Origin: a virus
Lineage: Duplodnaviria > Heunggongvirae > Uroviricota > Caudoviricetes
Length of the DNA: 64,000 nucleotides
Virus record (IMG/VR): IMGVR_UViG_2595698869_000001
Coordinates: 43,214-107,213 of that record
Reading direction: 5' to 3' (one strand)
Both the position numbers and the translations under genes were made by a program. The notes under the pieces are model-generated. The model was not told the origin of the DNA and made no database searches. It saw nothing but the letters and a program-made list of their open reading frames with translations. Below, piece after piece: positions 56,204 through 62,597 of the stretch (positions are counted from its first letter, which is position 1; every line of letters starts with the position of its first letter).

Positions 56204-57903
56204 AAGCGCCAATACCTGCCGTTGAAGGTGATCAGCGCCCGCTTGCCGTTCGGGTACTGCACGCAGTGGGTGTGCGCCCAGGACGAGGGGCCGGTGTTGT
56301 AGCCCATGTCCAGCTTCGAGGTCGTGCCGGTGTTGTAGGCGCTCTCGAAAATGCCGGGCGAGTGGGTATGACCAAACGTAGTCTTCGGGCCGATCTTGGC
56401 GAACTGCTGGATGTTGCCGCGCGAGCCGTTGGCGCCGTTATGCCCGTGGTTGGAGTGCTCGACCCCGCCAACGACGCAGGACTCGTCCTCGCGCAGGAAC
56501 TTCACGCCGTTGCAGTTCCAGACGTCGAAGGCGTTGGTCATCACCTCCTCGAAGATCGAGAAGTTCTTTTCGCCGGTCCGGATCGAGGCGTAGACCGCCC
56601 GCTGGCAGGTGAGGAAGAACTCGGCGTTGACCGGGTCGGCGCGGTAGTCGGCCGTCTTCAGCCATTTGTTGAGCGCCAGATCGTGGTTGCTCTCGACCAC
56701 CGTGACCTTCGAGTCCGGGGCCTGCCGGCCCAGGATGGTCAGGAACATCGCCACCTCGCGTAGTTCCTGCTCGACGCTTTCGGAGCCCTTGACATAGAGC
56801 CGGAAGCGATCGTGCGGATCGGCGATGTTGTGGTGGTTGCGCGCCCGGAAGTCGGAGACGTCGTGGACGAAGATGTGCTCGGGCCGCAGGACGTCGATCA
56901 TCGACGGCGTCGCCACGCTACCCCACACCCGGCTCCCGTCGGCCGAGCGCTGCTCGGTCGGGAAGAAGCCGAAGGTGGCGGCCGACACCTCGGGATCGAT
57001 CTGCGCCACGTGGACGTCGCCGGGCGTCAGGCAGGCCACGCGATGGCCCTCGGTGACCACGCCGTCCTTGACGAAGACGTCCAGGTCATAGAACGAGCCG
57101 TCGGTGTCGCCCAGCAGGTGGCGGCAGAAGAACTTGCCGTCCTCGTCGACCTCGACCAGCACCGCGCCCAACTGGTGGTGGAAGCTGGCCTTGATCCCGG
57201 CCTTCTTGGGAACGTAGTTCGGCTTGGTGACCGCGCCCGTCGTCATGATCTGCTTGGACGGGGTGTGCTTCATCGTCGGAACGCTGACGAGTTGCACCTT
57301 GGCGTGGGGGAAGATGCCCCAGCGCTCGCGGGTGTAGGAGTGGAAGCCCGACAGCGGGTTCTCGGCCGTGGGGAGGGTGTTCATCTCGCCGCAGAAGTCG
57401 ATCCGGTCGGCGATCCGCACGCGCTCGGCGACGAGGTATTCCATCACCCGCTTGTGGAAGAACGCCGCGTGCTTGGCGTGGTCCTCGAACAGGCGCTTGG
57501 AGTAGGTGAAGCCAGCGATCATGATCTCGCACGGCGCGTCCCGGCGCAGGTGCTCGGCATAGGCCTCCAGGTTGTCGACGAACTCCTCGTGGATGTGCGT
57601 CGAATCCTGGGCCGAGGACAGGATGAACCGCCGGCGCCCGGTGGTCTCATCCACCGTCACGGTCCGGGCGGCGGGCGCCGGCCGGTGCGACAGCGGGTCC
57701 TTGCGCATCGAGTAGAGGCGGTTCTGGAGCGTCGTGCGCTTGACGCTGTACTTGCGCGAGAACGCCCGCTGGCCGCCGGCCTTCTTGACCATCGCGTTCA
57801 GTTCTTCCGGCGACACCGAGTAGATGTCGAACGGACCCTCGGCCGGCAGGGCGGCCTTGGGCTTCTTGCCCGCCTTGGAAGCGTGTTCGAACTCAGCCGG
57901 CAT
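56200..57903 (-). CDS. Calcineurin-like metallophosphoesterase with N-terminal HTH-like segment
   Basis: PGDVH, HDVSDF, ESNHD, HGH, GHTHS motifs. Confidence 0.75.
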   Translation of the reverse strand: MPAEFEHASKAGKKPKAALPAEGPFDIYSVSPEELNAMVKKAGGQRAFSRKYSVKRTTLQNRLYSMRKDPLSHRPAPAARTVTVDETTGRRRFILSSAQDSTHIHEEFVDNLEAYAEHLRRDAPCEIMIAGFTYSKRLFEDHAKHAAFFHKRVMEYLVAERVRIADRIDFCGEMNTLPTAENPLSGFHSYTRERWGIFPHAKVQLVSVPTMKHTPSKQIMTTGAVTKPNYVPKKAGIKASFHHQLGAVLVEVDEDGKFFCRHLLGDTDGSFYDLDVFVKDGVVTEGHRVACLTPGDVHVAQIDPEVSAATFGFFPTEQRSADGSRVWGSVATPSMIDVLRPEHIFVHDVSDFRARNHHNIADPHDRFRLYVKGSESVEQELREVAMFLTILGRQAPDSKVTVVESNHDLALNKWLKTADYRADPVNAEFFLTCQRAVYASIRTGEKNFSIFEEVMTNAFDVWNCNGVKFLREDESCVVGGVEHSNHGHNGANGSRGNIQQFAKIGPKTTFGHTHSPGIFESAYNTGTTSKLDMGYNTGPSSWAHTHCVQYPNGKRALITFNGRYWRL

Positions 57904-58594
57904 AGAGAAGCTCCGGTTTGGCGCTGACCGGCTTGGACCAATCCCAGACGTACCAAGCGTAGGCGAAGCGCGGGGCGCCCTTGGTGCCGGCGATCCAGCG
58001 GGGGCGGTGACGAAGGGTGACCTTCGCGGTGAAAGCGGGGTGATCGAACAGGTCCGCGCGCGAGCGCGCCGCGTCCCATTCGTGGCGGCAGAGGAAGGCC
58101 ACGAGGCCCTGGTCGGCCTCCATCAGGTCCAGCGCGTGGCGCGCGGCGCGCTCGGCGTCCTTGCCGTAGGGCGGGTTGGTGATGATCGCGTCCGGACGCG
58201 GCGGCAACGGCGTGCTCTTGCGCTCCTCGCCCTTCTCGTCGACAACCGTCTCGGGCCGGACCTTCAGCGCGCCCAGGCGGTCGAGGTCGGCCGGCGTCAG
58301 CTTGAAGAAGTCCTCGACCGCGTCGACCTCGAAGCCCTCGTAGCGGTGGATGTCCGTGGCGAGGACTTCCTGCACGAAGGGCTTGAGCGGCGTGGCGATG
58401 GCGCCGTTGCCGGCGAAGGGCTCCCAGGCGAAGAACGGGGCGAAATCATCGCCCAGGGCCTCGATCAGGGCGTCGAAGGCCGGCCGAGGAGTCGGGTAAA
58501 AGTCCAGCGGGGTCCTGGCATATCCGGAGGCGCCCAGCATGGAGGGGTCTTTGCGACCAGCATCGGAGAGAGACATGGTCGTGAGGGATGTCAT
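57893..58594 (-). CDS. Amino-(N6-adenine/N4-cytosine) DNA methyltransferase-like protein
   Basis: DFYPTP, WEPFAGNG (SAM binding), IITNPPYG (catalytic). Confidence 0.82.
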   Translation of the reverse strand: MTSLTTMSLSDAGRKDPSMLGASGYARTPLDFYPTPRPAFDALIEALGDDFAPFFAWEPFAGNGAIATPLKPFVQEVLATDIHRYEGFEVDAVEDFFKLTPADLDRLGALKVRPETVVDEKGEERKSTPLPPRPDAIITNPPYGKDAERAARHALDLMEADQGLVAFLCRHEWDAARSRADLFDHPAFTAKVTLRHRPRWIAGTKGAPRFAYAWYVWDWSKPVSAKPELLYAG

Positions 58595-58659
58595 GGTTAA
58601 CGAAGGGTGTCAAGATTCACGACATTGACTGTCGTGACGCAGCACGTTAATCAGGAGGC

Positions 58660-59285
58660 AACGGGCCGTCCTTCTGCATTAGCCCCGCCGCCGCGCCTTC
58701 CAGGCGGCACGGGCCGGGACGGTGGTTGGTGACGAGCAGGCCGAGGCAGCGGCGGGCGAGTCGAAGGAGAACCCGGCGAGCGGCGGAAGGCGTCGTTGAC
58801 GCCCTCGGACTCGACAAGCACGTGGTGATGCCGGAAATCACCGCGATCGCGCGGACGTCTGGACGTTGCTAGGCGTAAGGCAGGCCTGCCGAGAAGTGGA
58901 AACGGCCGGGGCGGGCGGGACTTGATCTCGTCCGCCTTTCCGCCTAAGCTTCCCTCATTGCAGGCGCAGCACCGCCCTTCGCTAACGGCCCCGAGGGGTA
59001 CGCAAGGGCTAGAAGCCTTGCCTGGGACAGGACTGCCTCTGATCCAGGAACGCCCTGGGCCGCGTAGCGCCCATGACGCGAACGCCGGCCGAGAATGGGC
59101 GACTAGGCGTGACGGCGGCCAGAGGCCGCAGCGACATTCCAAGCTCGATAGAGCGATCGGCGGGCCGGGGCGAAAGCCCTGTTTCGAGAGCCAGGGCAAC
59201 CCGTCATAGGTCCTGGTCGGGCGACGAGGCAGCAAGTCCCGCGAACGGAGCCTCTGAGGTGGCGTCACCAAGATGCAGCAGACGC
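58660..59285 (+). ncRNA. Unassigned ~630-nt structured RNA candidate
   Basis: TTGACT(58625)-N15-GTTAATCA promoter, terminator 59286-59319, end-to-end helices (58674-79/59273-78; 58726-34/59263-71), many GNRA-capped hairpins, no ORF with phage codon bias. Confidence 0.6.
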
Positions 59286-59319
59286 AAAAAGGCCCCGATC
59301 GCGAGATCGGGGCCTTTTC
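59286..59319. terminator. Bidirectional terminator
   Basis: AAAAAGGCCCCGATC-GCGA-GATCGGGGCCTTTT. Confidence 0.85.
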
Positions 59320-59323
59320 ATGT

Positions 59324-59412
59324 TGGAGCTTCGGGAGGGACTCGAACCCTCATAGGTGTTCCCACCAGCAGAGATTTGCAATCCCGCGCCTAACCTCTCA
59401 GTCCACCGAAGC
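59324..59412 (-). tRNA. tRNA-Cys(GCA) with long variable arm
   Basis: GCTTCGG/CCGAAGC acceptor, loop TTGCAAA, GGTG-GGAA-CACC extra arm, U73, CCA. Confidence 0.85.
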
Positions 59413-59456
59413 ACAAAAGGACCTCGACGCCCGAAGGCCCGAGGTCCGATCCGTAA

Positions 59457-59589
59457 CCAGGGGAGGGCCGTAGCTGTCCCCTGACCCTGAACGACAGGTG
59501 GCGGGCTTGGTCGTCATCCCGTCAGGCTCGCGGCGCCGCTCGCCTGAACCGCCGATATGCCACGAGGGCAGTGATCCGCAGGTCCCCAC
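59457..59589 (-). ncRNA. 6S RNA-like rod with central bubble
   Basis: Self-complementary rod (GGGGA/TCCCC, CTGCCCT/GGGGACAG, GGCGG/CCGCC, TCAGGC/GCCTGA), small hairpin in the 3' bubble, flanked by terminator-like hairpins. Confidence 0.45.
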
Positions 59590-59596
59590 AAATAGC

Positions 59597-59635
59597 AAAA
59601 AGGCCACGATCCGCGAGGACCGTGGCCTTTTCGTT
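59597..59635. terminator. Bidirectional terminator
   Basis: AAAAAGGCCACG...CGTGGCCTTTT. Confidence 0.8.
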
Positions 59636-59639
59636 TTCC

Positions 59640-60510
59640 GATGGGCTGAGACTACACCCATCAGCAATCCCGCTTCGAGGATTATTCCCCAGGTGCGACC
59701 CCAGGTATTCCCTCGACGTCCACCAGACCCCTTGCGGTAGTCCAGTCCGAGATCATCGCCGCCGTTCTTGCGCACCCCGAAGGGATTGCGGGTCTGGCGT
59801 TTGACCCATCATGGCGAACTACTCGACAGTTCCTTCCCCGCTGGGCTTGCGACCCACTCACCGGCGCTAACCGGCTGACGAAGCTCTTCCTATCGACACC
59901 TCGCGGGCTTGCGACCCTTGAGATGACTCCGTTACCCGAAGGCCGGAGCATTTGGCGACTTACGTCCGCCACTGGACCAGTCTTTGCGTTTTTCATCGAA
60001 GCGGGGATTGAACCCGCGACCGACAGCTTAAGAGGCTGTTGCACTACCACTGTGCTATTCGCAAACCCACCAAGACGTGCTGGTCCAGTTGTTCCCAGAG
60101 CTTTTGACCCCGGAAATGCAACACGCCTCATATCTTTCGCCTTGCGGGCTACTCGACTGCTCTTCAGGACTCCGTCTCCCCCAACCTTTCGGCCAGGATG
60201 CCCAGCACCCCTCGAACTGAAGCAAAGCTCTTCACCGCGAAGTGTCGAACCCTGCAACCCAAACGGTTATCCGTACTCCCTAGACACGCTTGCACGGGAT
60301 AGTCCGCTTGCGACGGACTGGCGGTTAAAGCCTCGGAGTTACCCCGGCCCCGCCTTGTCTCCCACGGTCTTCAGGTCTATCCCCTTTTGCAAGAGGCGGC
60401 CAGCTTCCCAGCCCGGACCCGTCGGCTTCCTCTGTCCTCTTGCGAGGTCGGGCGGCCTATGGGAGACCGTCCCTGTCACCCCGTCGCCGGGGCTTTCGTC
60501 AGAAGCGACG
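59640..60510 (-). ncRNA. ~870-nt GOLLD-like large structured RNA
   Basis: TTGACG(60544-60539)-N15-GCTAGAAC promoter, at least seven GCAA/GAAA-capped hairpins on the minus strand, long-range helices, embedded tRNA body, terminator at 59597-59635. Confidence 0.65.
59994..60064 (-). tRNA. tRNA-Lys(CTT)-like body embedded in the large RNA, no CCA
   Basis: D arm GCAC-AGTGGTA-GTGC, ACAGC-CTCTTAA-GCTGT, GCGGG-TTCAATC-CCCGC; acceptor only 4 bp, continuing into a longer stem. Confidence 0.7.
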
Positions 60511-60631
60511 ATGACGTTCTAGCGACAGCCCACGTCGTCGTCAACGACTTTTTCCGTCTCGATGTCGAATTTTTTCGACAGTCGTGGATGACGACAGTGC
60601 TTGACATTCTCGTAAGCCCATGCTAGGTGTC

Positions 60632-61003
60632 GGAAATCGTTGTAATTCGGACAACGGAACTGGCGGCAAGACAGGGGTGCGAATCCCCTCGCCTCCACCA
60701 TCGACGCCCGGCGCTGGGAGTACGCGACTCCTGGGCAGGGAGTGTTACCCTGGCGGGCTGCGGCCCGAGCCAAAGGTAGCCGGGCGTCGTTGATGGGGGC
60801 GACTAGCTTTCGATTGGCGCTCGGGACTGAAAGACGCAACGGTGGGTGACCTCCACATCGGCTTGCCGGTGATCGGGTCAGGCAACAGTAAATGTCGCCG
60901 ACAATGACAACGACGTCGTGGCTTTCGCCTCGGCTCGTGAAGCCATCGCCGCCTAATAAGCGGTAGAGGAGCCCGCCGGGAGCTTGGCAACAGAATCCCG
61001 GCA
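60632..61003 (+). ncRNA. ssrA: Two-piece (circularly permuted) tmRNA
   Basis: Acceptor piece ends GGGGTGCGAATCCCCTCGCCTCCACCA (60700). Coding piece starts GGGGGCG (60795), giving a 7-bp stem with G3-U70. Tag frame 60897-60956 reads ADNDNDVVAFASAREAIAA-stop. Promoter TTGACA(60601)-N15-GCTAGG. Confidence 0.9.
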
Positions 61004-61137
61004 ACCCCCTTTCGCAGGCGGGAACACCAACAGGCGATCTGTCGGGCGACCGATTTCCGATCCGTGTTCCCGTCTTCGAAAGGTGGTCAGGCCTACCCTC
61101 TTGGTGTGCTATCCAAGGGTCTGGCCACTTTACAGAA

Positions 61138-61216
61138 CGCGGGGTAGAGGAGTCCGGTTGTCCTCGTCTGGCTCATAACCAGGAGATCGTGGGTTCAAAT
61201 CCCACTCCCGCTCCCA
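61138..61216 (+). tRNA. tRNA-fMet(CAT)
   Basis: Unpaired C1, CGCGGGG start, loop CTCATAA, T arm GGTTCAAATCC, CCA. Confidence 0.8.
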
Positions 61217-61495
61217 ATGCGAACGCCGGCTGTTGAGAACGACGGCGTGACAAGCTCGGAGAGAACGAGCACTCCAGTCCGGGGTATGAGGCCGGACTAG
61301 CGGACGCCGTAGCGATTGCAGGCGTGACACCCGGAGATAGCGGGACCGGCTTTCCGAGCCGCATGCTCGGCGCGTAAGACCGCAGGCCTCGGCCATCGGG
61401 CAGTGTCAGGGGATGAGGCTAGTCCTCGGCTAACCACCTAGCGGTGAAGCTAGGGCATGCGGTTCGGAAAGCCGGGTTCGCGGTTCGTCCGCTAC
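61217..61495 (+). ncRNA. Structured RNA with two C4-like modules and a 20-23 bp stem
   Basis: ACGCC...GGCGTGACA-stem-GGAGA module at 61223 and 61304; helix 61346-61365/61456-61475; helix 61298-61306/61486-61494. Confidence 0.5.
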
Positions 61496-61496
61496 G

Positions 61497-61575
61497 AGAT
61501 GGAGATGTCGCCGGTTCGAGTCCGGCAGGTCCCCCAAAAGGAGGCCTTAGCTCAGTCGGTAGAGCGCTCCTATCC
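61497..61575 (+). ncRNA. Circularly permuted tRNA mimic (YrlA/Y RNA-like topology)
   Basis: Order is stem, variable loop, T arm (GCCGG-TTCGAGT-CCGGC), closed acceptor hairpin, TA, D arm (GCTC-AGTCGGTA-GAGC), stem. Confidence 0.7.
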
Positions 61576-61582
61576 CACCTTT

Positions 61583-61667
61583 GGTACGGTGGCTCGACAG
61601 GTAAGGCATCGGCCTCATAAGCCGAGGGTTCGTCCCAATCCTGGTTCAAATCCAGGTCGTACCTCCA
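61583..61667 (+). tRNA. tRNA-Met/Ile2(CAT) with long variable region
   Basis: GGTACGG/TCGTACC acceptor, TCGGC-CTCATAA-GCCGA, T arm, T-CCA. Confidence 0.8.
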
Positions 61668-61771
61668 AATCGACGCTTGACCCCAGGCCGCAGGCTGCTA
61701 AGCTTCCCCGGTCGGGATCGTCCCGCGTCCTTTCCAAGGTCAAGCCCCCGGAGCTTCGCTTCGGGGGCTTT

Positions 61772-62125
61772 TCAGTTCTTGACCACCCGCAGGCGCCGGG
61801 CCTCGATGGCGCGCTCCTCCGCCGCCACGCGCGAGACGTCTTGCAGGTGCGCCTTGGCGATCAGGTCGGGCGCGCCCACGGCCCGGAAGGGCACCTTGAC
61901 GGAGAGGTCGACATAGCGCCGCAAGAGAGGCTCGAATTCCAGACCCCGCGCCTGGGCGATCCGCGACAATGCGCCGGCGACGATCGCCACGACCAGGACG
62001 TTGGTCGGGGTCTCCTTGGTCAGGGTCCAGATGCCCGGTATCGATTGTCCAGGATGGAGTTCCTGCCGCGACACGTCATCGGCGGCGGCGCGGAAGAGGT
62101 TCTCGTAAGGGACGTTTTCGAGCAT
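61772..62125 (-). CDS. Hypothetical protein (117 aa)
   Basis: Strong codon bias; a hairpin terminator at ~61742-61775 separates it from the RNA island. Confidence 0.7.
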   Translation of the reverse strand: MLENVPYENLFRAAADDVSRQELHPGQSIPGIWTLTKETPTNVLVVAIVAGALSRIAQARGLEFEPLLRRYVDLSVKVPFRAVGAPDLIAKAHLQDVSRVAAEERAIEARRLRVVKN

Positions 62126-62204
62126 GCGACAACGATAGCGATCTTTTGCCGCCTGTCTACCCTCTACTCTTGATAGTAGTAAAGCCCTGATTTCAACACA
62201 AGCG

Positions 62205-62597
62205 CTAAAGACGTCCGCCGTAATAGTCCCGCCACATCCCCTCCCAATAGTCGATGTGGTAGTCGGTGCAATCCGGGCAGAGCCGGCGATCCCTGTTGGG
62301 GTCCTCGCCCTTGCCGTCCCAATGGTAGCAGGTCATCGACGAGACCATGCCCAGGCGCCAGAAGGTCCCACATCGCTCGCAGCCGCCCAGGGCGATTTGC
62401 TGCATCTGCCGGTGACCGTTCCATTTCGCCAGCGGCCGGGACCAGAGGAGATCGACCACCGCGTGGCGGATGCTCCCGTACTGGGTGAGCCCGACTTGCA
62501 CGACCTTGCGCTTACCCGTCCGCCGGGACACACCGCCCATGAACCGGTAGGCGTCGGTGTAATAGATGCGCACCTTTGGGAGGCGGAGCTTCTTCAC
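62205..62597 (-). CDS. Cys-rich hypothetical protein (130 aa)
   Basis: GTG start overlapping the helicase stop; CERC and LCPDC..YH.DYW motifs. Confidence 0.7.
   Translation of the reverse strand: MKKLRLPKVRIYYTDAYRFMGGVSRRTGKRKVVQVGLTQYGSIRHAVVDLLWSRPLAKWNGHRQMQQIALGGCERCGTFWRLGMVSSMTCYHWDGKGEDPNRDRRLCPDCTDYHIDYWEGMWRDYYGGRL

Noticed and set aside
58651-59271. 206-aa minus-strand ORF as the explanation of the 58.6-59.3 kb region
   Set aside because: Arg/Pro/Ser-rich, mostly lacking phage codon bias, no RBS. Promoter, terminator and GNRA polarity favour a plus-strand RNA, though a short 3' coding part is not excluded.
58660-60510. RNase P RNA, group I or group II intron, or rRNA fragment
   Set aside because: Did not find GAGGAAAGUCC/P4 partner, P7-type elements, a domain V hairpin or recognisable rRNA sequence; the elements do not interrupt a gene.
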